Shown: piece by piece, positions 1 to 8,916 of the stretch | Layout of the letters: each line of letters opens with the position of its first letter | Position numbering within the stretch: the stretch's first letter is position 1 | NCBI GenBank assembly: GCA_035644155.1 | Contig: DASQPC010000081.1 | Coordinates: 1 to 50,297, forward strand | DNA length: 50,297 nucleotides | DNA from: Candidatus Methylomirabilota bacterium | GTDB lineage: Bacteria; Patescibacteriota; Microgenomatia; Levybacterales; UBA12049 | Reading direction: 5' to 3' | Position numbers and translations under genes: made by a program | Notes under the pieces: generated by a model | What the model was told of the DNA's origin: nothing | The model's database searches: none | What the model saw: only the letters and a program-made list of their open reading frames with translations

Positions 1-1
1 G

Positions 2-214
2 ATTCTTTCAAATCGGAGTAATGAGTTGGTTAAATTCCTAACAGTCATTACTTCTATCTCTTTTCCTTTTGTTATTGTTAATAATCTTTATTCTATGAAT
101 GTAAAAGGTTTGCCTTTTGCTGAGCAACCTTGGATTGTAACCGTTTTGTTCCTTCTTATTGCAGCAGGAGGATTATTGATTATTGCTTACTTCAAATACC
201 GCGATTGGTTATAA
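2..214 (+). CDS. corA: CorA-family Mg2+/Co2+ transporter, C-terminal fragment (5' end lies outside the window)
   Basis: The frame is open from the window edge (att ctt tca aat cgg ...), with no stop before 26. The translation ...LTVITSISFPFVIVNNLYSMNVKGLPF... followed by a second hydrophobic helix and a short C-terminal tail ending in YFKYRDWL fits the CorA C-terminus (TM1, a GMN-type loop here YSMN, then TM2). Confidence 0.65.
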   Translation: MLSNRSNELVKFLTVITSISFPFVIVNNLYSMNVKGLPFAEQPWIVTVLFLLIAAGGLLIIAYFKYRDWL

Positions 215-242
215 ACTGGACAAGCCAGAATGACGAGAATTA

Positions 243-1352
243 TTATAACCTTACTTTAAGTGTCTCACCTTTATAGACGATATTTTTCGGCTTGATCACA
301 ACTTGTTTTTCTCCTTTTTCAACATAGCCTGCATCAAGACTTTCAAATTTATTTCTCTTAATTATTTGCTGTGCTTTTTTAATATCTCTTTCTGGCAAAA
401 AAATCGCATAATCTTGTCCCATGTTGTAGGTCTCATAAATTTCATAATCTGAAAGTCCGGTTTGTTTTTGAATAAAAAGAAAAATTTCTTGTGGATCGAA
501 AATTTTTTCAATGATGTAGCTAAAATTTCCACGTCCTCTCATTACTTTTCTTAACCCATGTCCAGTGATGTTAGAAATATAATGAATATCAAGATTTGCA
601 TCTAAAAGATCTTGAATGAGTTTTGCATAAATATTAGTTTTGCGTAGAATGGCTTCTCCGTAAAGACCGCCCTCTGGTAATTTTGTGGCATAACCTTTTG
701 GTAATTTTTTCGCGACTGCTCGGGAGAGAGAAAGACCATTCGCATTAATACCAGTACTTTTTAAAAACAAGATTCGGTCTCCAATTTTTATTTTTTTATC
801 TTGGAGTAAACGTTTTTTTGATGGAATTATTCCTACCACATTTCCTCCAAGAGCAATAGTATCAGGATTAACAATATTATTATATGAAGGAGATTCACCG
901 CCACCCCATGTTGCTTCTGCATCATCGCATGCTTGCTTCCATCCATTGACAAGATCAGTTATTCTTTCGACATCATTAAACCAACTGCTTTTGCCGACTG
1001 CCCAAAAAGCAGTTACCACAAGAGGCTTGGCTCCCACAGATGTCAGATCATTCAGCGCAGTTGCAATGGTGTCATAGCCAATTACGTCGTAGTAGGTTTT
1101 GTTCGTAATTTTTCGCATTGCATCTGCAACCAAATTTTTTGTTCCGAGACTTTCTGTAACAGATGCCATATAAATATTTTTTTGTTGCCAGACAAATGCG
1201 GATTCACCACGGGAATCACTTACTTCAGAGAATCCATATTTTTTCAGATGTTTTGCTGTTTCGCGTCCAGCTTTTTGCCCGAGCGTTTTTGCGGGGTCGA
1301 GTTCTTCATAATTTACTCCTGATTGTGCATAGTCGATCTTTTGCGTTTTCAT
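243..1352 (-). CDS. purM: Phosphoribosylformylglycinamidine cyclo-ligase (AIR synthase), divergent PurM-like
   Basis: 369 aa. PurM-fold landmarks appear in the right order: YAQSGVNY (cf. YKDAGVDI), SLGTKN (cf. GVGTK), GGGES (cf. GGETA), NITGHG (cf. HxTGGG) and YETYNMGQ (cf. YRTFNxGxG). It is the last gene of the pur string and the only candidate for step 5. Confidence 0.7.
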   Translation of the reverse strand: MKTQKIDYAQSGVNYEELDPAKTLGQKAGRETAKHLKKYGFSEVSDSRGESAFVWQQKNIYMASVTESLGTKNLVADAMRKITNKTYYDVIGYDTIATALNDLTSVGAKPLVVTAFWAVGKSSWFNDVERITDLVNGWKQACDDAEATWGGGESPSYNNIVNPDTIALGGNVVGIIPSKKRLLQDKKIKIGDRILFLKSTGINANGLSLSRAVAKKLPKGYATKLPEGGLYGEAILRKTNIYAKLIQDLLDANLDIHYISNITGHGLRKVMRGRGNFSYIIEKIFDPQEIFLFIQKQTGLSDYEIYETYNMGQDYAIFLPERDIKKAQQIIKRNKFESLDAGYVEKGEKQVVIKPKNIVYKGETLKVRL

Positions 1353-1369
1353 CTAATAAGCCTATTCTA

Positions 1370-2221
1370 TCAAGAAAAACTTAATAATACCACACCGATA
1401 ATTGTGATTGTTGCACCAATTAATTTCTTTGCAATATTTTCTCGTTCTTTAAGAAAAATAATACCAGCAAGTACTGAAAAAATTATCATCCCTTGATAAA
1501 CGGCATTCACTTTACTTACATCACCAATACGAACAGCTAGTGTAAAAAGAAACAGTTGGATAATACTCAGAAAAACCGCAAATGTTTTTAAAGCGATATT
1601 TGTTTTTAACAACGTTTTCATTCTCGTTTTGGAACTACGTACAAAAAGAGGATAAAGAATAACTGAAGGAAGTGCCATTGCAAAATTAATGACAACAGGG
1701 GATCCAAAGGGAGTTAACATTTTGACAAGAACGATATTTACTGCAACGATAAAAGCGCACAAATTTGCATACATCGCGCCTTTATCAATAAATATTTTTT
1801 TTGGTGCGACAGTGAGACTTACGCCCAAAAAAACAATCGCTATTCCAAGGTAACCAAACAAATGAAGTTGTTCACCCGTAACAAGAAATGCAATGAGTGC
1901 AACCCAGATAAGACGAGATCGATAAAGAATTGATGAAATTGAGAGGTGACTATACGCATGCATTTTCATATACCAATAGCCACCGATAAATTCTGTTAGG
2001 CCAACGAGTAAAAAGAGAAGAAGTGAGTAGGGTGTTATAACGGCTTGCCAGTTAAAAATTGCAAAAAACCCAAAAACAACAAAACGAAGGATCTCATTAT
2101 ACCAAGCATATGCTGTTGGATCATCCCCATCTTTTAAAAGAAATCGATTCAAAAAATTGTAGGCATTTGATGAAATACCTATCAAGAATGAAAGAAGAAG
2201 CCAGGTTGGAAATAAAAACAT
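1370..2221 (-). CDS. DMT/EamA-like multi-pass membrane transporter embedded in the purine operon
   Basis: 283 aa, almost entirely hydrophobic helices with the size and two-half pattern of EamA/DMT permeases. There is a 2-nt gap after the purC stop and a 17-nt gap before the purM start. Confidence 0.6.
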   Translation of the reverse strand: MFLFPTWLLLSFLIGISSNAYNFLNRFLLKDGDDPTAYAWYNEILRFVVFGFFAIFNWQAVITPYSLLLFLLVGLTEFIGGYWYMKMHAYSHLSISSILYRSRLIWVALIAFLVTGEQLHLFGYLGIAIVFLGVSLTVAPKKIFIDKGAMYANLCAFIVAVNIVLVKMLTPFGSPVVINFAMALPSVILYPLFVRSSKTRMKTLLKTNIALKTFAVFLSIIQLFLFTLAVRIGDVSKVNAVYQGMIIFSVLAGIIFLKERENIAKKLIGATITIIGVVLLSFS

Positions 2222-2223
2222 GT

Positions 2224-3198
2224 TTAAATTATACCAGCTTTTTTGAGGTTGTGTTTTATCCGATCTTCAATAGGATAATCAAATGCTTCGAATTTTTTAT
2301 CAGTTAATTTTTCATAAGCACCAATGTATCTCTTTGCTGCTTGCACGATTAGTTCTTCAGACATAGGAGGTATTTTATCTTTATAAGGGTTTACTCTTTT
2401 TGCGTACCAAAGCCTAATAAATTCTTTATCAAAATTTTCGGGTTCCAATCCTTTAGCGATTCGTTCTTTGTATGTTTTGGCAATCCAAAAACGAGAGCTA
2501 TCAGGTGTATGAATTTCATCAATAAGCATTAATTTCCCATCAAAAAGTCCAAATTCATATTTTGTATCGACAAGAATCAGTCCATGTTTGAGACACCACT
2601 TACTTCCAAAATCAAAAAGCGTAAGTGCTATTTTTTCTGCTTCTTCATATAATTTTTTATCAACGATTTTATTCTTAATTATTTCTTCTTTTGTAAGTCG
2701 CTCGTCGTGTTTGTTGCTTCCAGCTGCTGGATGAGTAGTTGGTGTAATAATCGGTGTTGGAAGTTTTTGATTTTTATGCATGCCGTCGGGGAAGGGTATG
2801 CCATAAATAGTTCGTTCACCTTTTTCATAGGAATACCAAATTGATGTATTTGCAACACCGGTTAAGTATCCTCTGACAACTATTTCTACCGGAAAACTCT
2901 TGCAATTTCGTGAAATTAAAACATTAGGGTCAGGAATTGCAATGAGATGATTTGGGACAATATGTTTTGTTTTTTCAAACCAAAAAGCTGCGAGCTGATT
3001 AAGAACTGCACCTTTGTAAGGAATGTGACCAAGAATAACATCAAATGCAGATTGTCGGTCAGTTGTAATAGTTATTCTTTTGTCGGAAAGAATATAAAAA
3101 TCACGAACTTTTCCCTGATATTTTTTCCCAAGTTTTGGAAGATCAATTGTTTTAAGAACATGTGGTAAGGATTTGAGAATTGTTTTTGATTGAATCAT
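2224..3198 (-). CDS. purC: Phosphoribosylaminoimidazole-succinocarboxamide (SAICAR) synthase, long form
   Basis: 324 aa. SAICAR synthetase motifs are [18 protein letters not shown] and [13 protein letters not shown]. It overlaps the purE stop by 4 nt. Confidence 0.9.
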   Translation of the reverse strand: MIQSKTILKSLPHVLKTIDLPKLGKKYQGKVRDFYILSDKRITITTDRQSAFDVILGHIPYKGAVLNQLAAFWFEKTKHIVPNHLIAIPDPNVLISRNCKSFPVEIVVRGYLTGVANTSIWYSYEKGERTIYGIPFPDGMHKNQKLPTPIITPTTHPAAGSNKHDERLTKEEIIKNKIVDKKLYEEAEKIALTLFDFGSKWCLKHGLILVDTKYEFGLFDGKLMLIDEIHTPDSSRFWIAKTYKERIAKGLEPENFDKEFIRLWYAKRVNPYKDKIPPMSEELIVQAAKRYIGAYEKLTDKKFEAFDYPIEDRIKHNLKKAGII

Positions 3199-3686
3199 TT
3201 CTGTAATTTTTCAACTTTCTGCATTACATTATCATATAATTCTTTTTTATAGTTTTCAAGTTTTTTTTGTATGTCTTGATCTGCTGCTCCTATAATCCTT
3301 GCTGCTAACAGTCCAGCGTTTTTTGCACCATTGATTGCAACTGTTGCAACGGGAATTCCTCCTGGCATTTGCACAATCGAAAGAAGCGAATCAAGTCCTT
3401 CAAGATTTTTTCCTTTAACAGGTACGCCAATAACTGGAAGCGTTGTAAGTGATGCAACCATACCTGGAAGATGAGCAGCGCCACCTGCGCCAGCAATAAT
3501 AACTTTGAGTCCACGTGTTTGGGCTGTTTTTGCATATTCATACATACGATCTGGCGTTCGATGAGCTGAGACGATTGTTAATTCGTAAGCAATATCAAAC
3601 GTTTCCAAAATGGTTGCTGCTTCTTGCATGACAGGTAAGTCACTGTCTGATCCCATGATGATGCCAACGAGTGGTTGTTTATTCAT
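3195..3686 (-). CDS. purE: N5-carboxyaminoimidazole ribonucleotide mutase (class I PurE)
   Basis: 163 aa with [13 protein letters not shown] and [13 protein letters not shown] motifs. It is paired with purK, as expected for class I enzymes. Confidence 0.95.
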   Translation of the reverse strand: MNKQPLVGIIMGSDSDLPVMQEAATILETFDIAYELTIVSAHRTPDRMYEYAKTAQTRGLKVIIAGAGGAAHLPGMVASLTTLPVIGVPVKGKNLEGLDSLLSIVQMPGGIPVATVAINGAKNAGLLAARIIGAADQDIQKKLENYKKELYDNVMQKVEKLQK

Positions 3687-4861
3687 TAAATTACTATTGC
3701 CTTTCTTGCCTGTTTTGCTTTCTTAAGACACTCCGCCAGAGTTTTTCCAATAACTGTTATATGTCCCATTTTTCGCTCAAGTTTCGTTTCCATTTTACCA
3801 TAAATATGGATAAAGACATTTGGTATTTTCAGTGCTTTATCAAGTCCTGTCACTTCGGCTTGAGCATTTCGTTCTCCAAGAATATTTATCATCACACTTG
3901 CTGGAACAATCATATCAGTTGCTCCAAGAGGCTGACCTGTTACTGCGCGGATATGTTGTTCAAATTGGGAAGTAACACATGCTTCGATTGTATAATGACC
4001 TGAGTTATGAACACGAGGAGCTATCTCATTGATAAAAAGTTTTGCTTGTCCTGAGTTTGACGAATGGGTTAAAAACATTTCAATACCAAAAACGCCAGCG
4101 CCTTTTAAATTTTTCATAACGTTAATGGCCAGCATTTTTGCTTTTTTTCTTATTGTTTCATCAACAGATGCTGGGGCAAGAATAAGATGACAGATATTAT
4201 TTTTATGAATTGTTTCAACAACTGGATAAGTCGCAATTGCTTCTTTAGTACTGCGAGCTACCATAATTGCGAGTTCTTTTACAAAGGGAACAAATTTTTC
4301 TACATAGAGTTTTCTTCCGCGCAATTTTTCTAATGCTTTATCAATTTGGTTTTTGTTTTTTATTAAAGCATTTCCTCTTCCGTCATATGCATCAAATCGG
4401 GCTTTCAAAAGCAGCGGATAACCAAACTTTTTGGCAAGAGTTTCGATCTCTTGTTTGATACTGTCATTTCGAGATATCTCGTTATCGCTCGAGATGACAG
4501 GGGCGAAATCGGCAACCGGAAGTCCAGCCTTTCTCAAAAATTTTTTCTGTTCCAATTTGTCCTTAATAATGCTAAGTGTTTTTGCAGAAGGGTGAATCTC
4601 CAATCCTTTATTTGTTAGGTCATCCAAGACATGAGCATTGGCGAGTTCTATCTCAAATGTTAAAAAGTCTGAATTTTTTGCAAGTTCTCGGATTGCTTTT
4701 TCGTCGTTATAAGGAGCAACAATTTGTTTGTCAACGACTTGTCCTGCTGGACTATTTGGTGTTGGATCGATAATACTAACGGTAAAGCCTAGCTTCTTTG
4801 CATCAAAAGCCATCATTCGTCCAAGTTGTCCGCCGCCAACAATACCTATTCTACTTTTCAT
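3686..4861 (-). CDS. purK: N5-carboxyaminoimidazole ribonucleotide synthase (ATP-grasp)
   Basis: 391 aa with N-terminal [13 protein letters not shown], an ATP-grasp core and C-terminal RKMGHITV. It carries an extra segment, [13 protein letters not shown], encoded by the palindromic repeat at 4461-4500. Confidence 0.9.
   Translation of the reverse strand: MKSRIGIVGGGQLGRMMAFDAKKLGFTVSIIDPTPNSPAGQVVDKQIVAPYNDEKAIRELAKNSDFLTFEIELANAHVLDDLTNKGLEIHPSAKTLSIIKDKLEQKKFLRKAGLPVADFAPVISSDNEISRNDSIKQEIETLAKKFGYPLLLKARFDAYDGRGNALIKNKNQIDKALEKLRGRKLYVEKFVPFVKELAIMVARSTKEAIATYPVVETIHKNNICHLILAPASVDETIRKKAKMLAINVMKNLKGAGVFGIEMFLTHSSNSGQAKLFINEIAPRVHNSGHYTIEACVTSQFEQHIRAVTGQPLGATDMIVPASVMINILGERNAQAEVTGLDKALKIPNVFIHIYGKMETKLERKMGHITVIGKTLAECLKKAKQARKAIVI
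4461..4500. repeat. 40-nt copy of the palindromic element inside purK
   Basis: The reverse complement is CTGTCATCTCGAGCGATAACGAGATATCTCGAAATGACAG. It matches the first 29 nt of the 45929 copy at 27/29 and its last 10 nt at 10/10. The 13-nt terminal inverted repeats have 1 mismatch. Confidence 0.75.
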
Positions 4862-6245
4862 TAATTACGTTTTTTATTTGGGCAACTAATTGTTTTGCTC
4901 TCTGTGGAGCAGTACCGATATGCTCTTTAACATCAAGAAGTTTCTCTACATTTTCTTCAGAGATATATTGTTTAATTTCGCCATTTTCTTTAAGAAGTTT
5001 TTCCATAGGATTTGGTTTGCCATTTTGCACATCTTGCCAAGCGGTCATTGCGATATCGCGAAGTGTTTCATGCATTGTTTGTCTATTTGCGTTTTGCTTG
5101 ACTGCTTCCATAAGAATTGTTTCTGTTGCAGCAAAAGGTCCGAATTTTTCTAAATTATTTTTTACTTGTTGCTCGTGAATGATAAGTCCCTCAACAATTT
5201 TTGTTGCAGAAAGGAGCATTTCATCAATTGCTAAAAACAGTTCAGGAATATAAACTCTTCGATTTGCTGAATCATCAAGTGTTCGTTCGAGTAGCGAAAG
5301 AGAAGCATTTTCCCAAGCATTTTTTGCCAAACTTTCAACGAGTCTTGCTAGAGAACAAATCTGTTCGGACTTAATAGGATTTTTTTTAAATGGCATGGCA
5401 CTTGATCCAATTTGCGTTTTGCCAAATGGTTCTTGCCATTCACCAAATCCGGCAGATTGCATAACACGAAGATCAAAGGCAAATTTATAGAGTGTCTGAG
5501 CAATTGATGTAAGGAGTTGGGCTACAAAAAGGTCTGCCTTTCGAAGTCCTACTTGATTGGCAATGAGTACTGGATCAATTCCAAGTTTTTCCATAACTCG
5601 TTTTTCCATCGCTTGGACATTTTTTTCATCAAGTAATTTGGTATAACTTGCTTGTGTTCCAACTGCGCCTTTTAGTCCTTTTCCTTTCAGATGTATTTTG
5701 ACAAAATCCAAAAATGCCAAATCTTCCAACAAATCTTGTGCATAGAGACTGAGTCGATAACCTACAGTTGTTGGTTCTGCTGGTTGTAAATGTGTATATG
5801 CCATGCAAGGGGTGTTAGCATATTTTTCAATTTGTGAGGAAAATGTTTGCAAGAGTTTTTTTATATTATTTTCAATAAGCATTAGTGATTCTTGTGTGCG
5901 AAGTGTATCGGCATTATCAACTATATCCATACTTGTTGCACCTGCATGAATTTTGCCTCCTCCCACTTTTGCTTTTTCGGCAAATTCTTTTATTGCGGCA
6001 ACAACGTCATGGCGTGTATCTTTTTCAATTTCCAGAATTCGTTCAATACTGATATCCTTTTGATTTTTTTCTAAATCTGCAAGTTCTTCTGTGGAGACAA
6101 GACCATTTTCGGATTGGGCGCGAGCTAATTCAACCCAAATTTTTCGCCAAATAGTATATTTATTTTCTTCAGACCAGATATGGCGCATTTTGTCTGATCC
6201 ATAGCGCCAAGAAAATGGTGATTGATAGATTTTAAAATCTGACAT
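4851..6245 (-). CDS. purB: Adenylosuccinate lyase
   Basis: 464 aa with the fumarate-lyase superfamily signature GSSAMPFKKNP. N-terminal PFSWRYGS... is typical of PurB. Confidence 0.9.
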   Translation of the reverse strand: MSDFKIYQSPFSWRYGSDKMRHIWSEENKYTIWRKIWVELARAQSENGLVSTEELADLEKNQKDISIERILEIEKDTRHDVVAAIKEFAEKAKVGGGKIHAGATSMDIVDNADTLRTQESLMLIENNIKKLLQTFSSQIEKYANTPCMAYTHLQPAEPTTVGYRLSLYAQDLLEDLAFLDFVKIHLKGKGLKGAVGTQASYTKLLDEKNVQAMEKRVMEKLGIDPVLIANQVGLRKADLFVAQLLTSIAQTLYKFAFDLRVMQSAGFGEWQEPFGKTQIGSSAMPFKKNPIKSEQICSLARLVESLAKNAWENASLSLLERTLDDSANRRVYIPELFLAIDEMLLSATKIVEGLIIHEQQVKNNLEKFGPFAATETILMEAVKQNANRQTMHETLRDIAMTAWQDVQNGKPNPMEKLLKENGEIKQYISEENVEKLLDVKEHIGTAPQRAKQLVAQIKNVINEK

Positions 6246-6259
6246 ACTTTTATTATACT

Positions 6260-7351
6260 CTATGTTACTATTTTTGCTAACTGCCCAGTTTGTTCTGCTT
6301 CTTTTATTTCTTTTGCGACTCGTCGTCCCATTTGCATTGACTTACCAAAAAGATAACTACTGTATGGTGTTGCTGCGATACCCGGCGATCCTGGCATACG
6401 AGGTGCAACGTCATACACAACAATTTCAAGTTTTGGGAAAGCAGGTCGTATGAGTGACTGTAATCCAAATGGACCAATTACGCCAGGTGAGAAAAGTTTT
6501 TTGGCTGCATGGACAAATTGTTCACCGACAGCAAATGCTTCTTCAATAAGTGATTCAGGAAGCGTTGCTGCAATATGTCCCATTTCTTTAAACGTCACTT
6601 CTAAATATTTACTTACTGATTGTTGTTGTATTGCCGGAAGACGTAAGAATCCATCCAAATTTGTTTGTCTTCGTGTATCCGTACCGATTAATTCTAAACG
6701 TTTCTTAAGCGGGGAGTAGAAAAAATTAAAATTAATAGGTGTACCAACGACAAATTCTTCAATAACTGCTTCCTGTAATCCTTTCTCTGAAATAAGTCCT
6801 GAGTCGATTCTTTTTTGTCCTTCTCGTTGGAATTCTGCGTAACTTGTTGCGAAGAAAAACCCTCGTTCAAAGGAAACTTTTTTTTGTTGTGCTTTGACAA
6901 TAACGAGCCGATCAATCTCTTTTGGATTTTTAAATGCTTTTGGATAATGAATATTTGCTTTTTGCAAAATTGAATATTGATTAATTTTTTCTGTCCGTTC
7001 TTCAGCGCGAAGGAGAAATTTGTTTCCAAAGATTGGCGTTTTAAATTTTTTTTCGATAGCATCATAGTCATTAATATAGACTTCAAAAGATCGATGAGGG
7101 ATAAAGATTGCATTGCTTGCTTCTAACTTTTTTTGTACAGCTGGCTTTATAACATCTTTAAATTTATCCACAAGAATAACCTCATCAACACATCCATCAG
7201 TTCCTGTTGTTTTATAATACTGAGAATATGTTTTATCTCTGCCTTTTTCAGCAACAACAAGTGTTTGGAATCCTTCATCCTTTGCCCCACGACAAATATC
7301 AAGCGCTGAATGACTCCCAATTGTCGCGATGGTAATTTTTTTATTACTCAT
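6260..7351 (-). CDS. purP: Archaeal-type 5-formaminoimidazole-4-carboxamide ribonucleotide (FAICAR) synthetase-like ATP-grasp protein, paralog 1
   Basis: N-terminal ITIATIGSHSALDICRGAKDEGFQTLVV and C-terminal RMPGSPG...GRRVAKEIKEA are hallmarks of the PurP family (COG1759). I moved the start to the ATG at 7349-7351 (MSNKKITIA), 1 nt after the purH stop. The track's 7417 start would overlap purH by 65 nt. Confidence 0.8.
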   Translation of the reverse strand: MSNKKITIATIGSHSALDICRGAKDEGFQTLVVAEKGRDKTYSQYYKTTGTDGCVDEVILVDKFKDVIKPAVQKKLEASNAIFIPHRSFEVYINDYDAIEKKFKTPIFGNKFLLRAEERTEKINQYSILQKANIHYPKAFKNPKEIDRLVIVKAQQKKVSFERGFFFATSYAEFQREGQKRIDSGLISEKGLQEAVIEEFVVGTPINFNFFYSPLKKRLELIGTDTRRQTNLDGFLRLPAIQQQSVSKYLEVTFKEMGHIAATLPESLIEEAFAVGEQFVHAAKKLFSPGVIGPFGLQSLIRPAFPKLEIVVYDVAPRMPGSPGIAATPYSSYLFGKSMQMGRRVAKEIKEAEQTGQLAKIVT

Positions 7352-7352
7352 A

Positions 7353-8915
7353 TTAATGTTTAAATGCTCGTGTCCCGGTAAATACCATTGTAATACCAGC
7401 TTCGTTGCATGCATCAATTGTTTCTTGATCTCTGATTGATCCGCCAGGTTGAATAATTGCTGTTATACCAGCTTTTATCAATACATCCGGTCCGTCGCGA
7501 AATGGGAAAAATCCGTCAGTTGCTGCGACGGCATTTGTTAAAGGTTTTATTGCTTTACTAACGCAAAGTTCACAACATCGTTTACGATCTTGTTGACCAA
7601 CTCCTGATGCAAGGAGAGTATTATTTTTTACTGCTACAACACAATTGGATTTACTGACTTGACACAATTTCCATGCAAAAAGCAAATCAGCTAACTGATT
7701 TGTGTTTGGCTTTTTCTTTGTGACAATTTTTAATTGTTTTTTAGAAAGTTTTGCAATATCGACATCTTGCAGTAAAAATCCGCCACGAATTTTTCTAAGA
7801 TCCTTATAGGGAGTAAGGAATGGTTTTTCTAAAGATTTATTTTGTAACAATTGCAGTTTTGGTTTTTTTGCAAAAAGCGTGAGAGCATCCTTACTAAATG
7901 ATGGCGCAACAAGAATTTCAAAAAACTTTTTATCGGCAAGCATTTGTTCTGCAAGGTTTTTTGTAACAGTCCGATTGACAAAAATAATACCGCCAAATGC
8001 TGCCAACGGATCACCATCAAACCAAGCTTTCTGAAATGCATTTTCAACAGTCTCTGCGATTGCTGCTCCACAAGGATTGGTATGTTTTAAAATAACACAG
8101 GCAGGTTTGTCTCTTCCAATAAGGCACAATGTTTGTAATCCTGCGTCAAGATCCAGATAGTTACTGTAGGATGTTTCTTTCCCTTGGATTATTGTGAAAT
8201 TGCCAAGTCCAAGAATATCATTTGCATTCATATCTTTAAAAAATATTCCTGTCTGATGTGGGTTTTCTCCATAACGCAATGTTTTGCCATTTTGCAAGTT
8301 GATTTGTATGAGATCCCTCGACTCGTTTATCTCACTCGGGATGACAGTGGAGGAGGTCCTTTTTTGAAAATAATTTGCAATGAGACCATCATATTCTGCA
8401 ACATAGGAAAAGGCTTTTGCTGCAAGTTTTGTTCGAAGTGTTTTGCTTGTTGTACTATTTTTTCCAAGTGCTTTTTTAATTTCATCATAATCTGTTGGAT
8501 CGATAACAACAGTAACACTTTCATAATTTTTTGCTGCTGCACGGATCATCGTCGGTCCACCAACATCAATCATTTCAATTCCTGGTTTCCTCCAAAAGTC
8601 ATAAAAATTACAAATGACATAATCAATGTGAGGAATACGTAATTCTTTAGCTTCTTTCTGATGTTTTGTATTTGTTCGATCAAACAAAATTCCTGCAGCG
8701 ACTTGAAAGCTAATTGTTTTCATTCGTCCATCAAAACTTTCTGGAGAACCGGTTACCTGTTCAATGGGGGTAAAGGGAATGCCAGATTTTTTTAGATATA
8801 GTGCAGTGCCACCTGTTGAAATAATAGTGATATTTTTTTTGACAAACATTTTTGCCAAATCTTCAATTCCTGTTTTATCAAAGACACTGATAAGTGCGTA
8901 TGTTTGATTATTCAT
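7353..8915 (-). CDS. purH: Bifunctional AICAR formyltransferase / IMP cyclohydrolase
   Basis: 520 aa. The N-terminal MGS-like IMPCH domain shows ALISVFDKTGI and ISTGGTA. The C-terminal AICARFT domain shows RYGENPHQ and KHTNPCG. The interdomain linker carries the repeat-encoded segment TVIPSEINESRDL. Confidence 0.9.
   Translation of the reverse strand: MNNQTYALISVFDKTGIEDLAKMFVKKNITIISTGGTALYLKKSGIPFTPIEQVTGSPESFDGRMKTISFQVAAGILFDRTNTKHQKEAKELRIPHIDYVICNFYDFWRKPGIEMIDVGGPTMIRAAAKNYESVTVVIDPTDYDEIKKALGKNSTTSKTLRTKLAAKAFSYVAEYDGLIANYFQKRTSSTVIPSEINESRDLIQINLQNGKTLRYGENPHQTGIFFKDMNANDILGLGNFTIIQGKETSYSNYLDLDAGLQTLCLIGRDKPACVILKHTNPCGAAIAETVENAFQKAWFDGDPLAAFGGIIFVNRTVTKNLAEQMLADKKFFEILVAPSFSKDALTLFAKKPKLQLLQNKSLEKPFLTPYKDLRKIRGGFLLQDVDIAKLSKKQLKIVTKKKPNTNQLADLLFAWKLCQVSKSNCVVAVKNNTLLASGVGQQDRKRCCELCVSKAIKPLTNAVAATDGFFPFRDGPDVLIKAGITAIIQPGGSIRDQETIDACNEAGITMVFTGTRAFKH
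8310..8347. repeat. Degenerate copy of the palindromic element inside purH
   Basis: The reverse complement is CTGTCATCCCGAGTGAGATAAACGAGTCGAGGGATCTC. Its first 16 nt match the 45929 copy at 15/16. Gapped similarity follows (TAA(A)CGAG, G(G/A)GATCT). The right terminal repeat is missing. Confidence 0.55.
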
Positions 8916-8916
8916 T

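Noticed and set aside
5050-5059. A perfect 10-bp palindrome, gcgatatcgc, preceded by gtcatt in purB, which could be another repeat-family member.
   Set aside because: It shares no extended similarity with the CTGTCATCTCGAG family, and a 10-bp palindrome alone is not significant in 50 kb.
6260-7417. Long N-terminal extensions suggested by the ORF track: 7417 for purP1, 23709 for the pre-ftsE ORF, 30327 and 30556 for the small membrane protein and rfbA, and 41904 for the GT-C enzyme.
   Set aside because: The extensions overlap upstream genes or promoters and add non-homologous residues. Internal ATGs at 7351, 23814, 30354, 30601 and 41919 give canonical N-termini.
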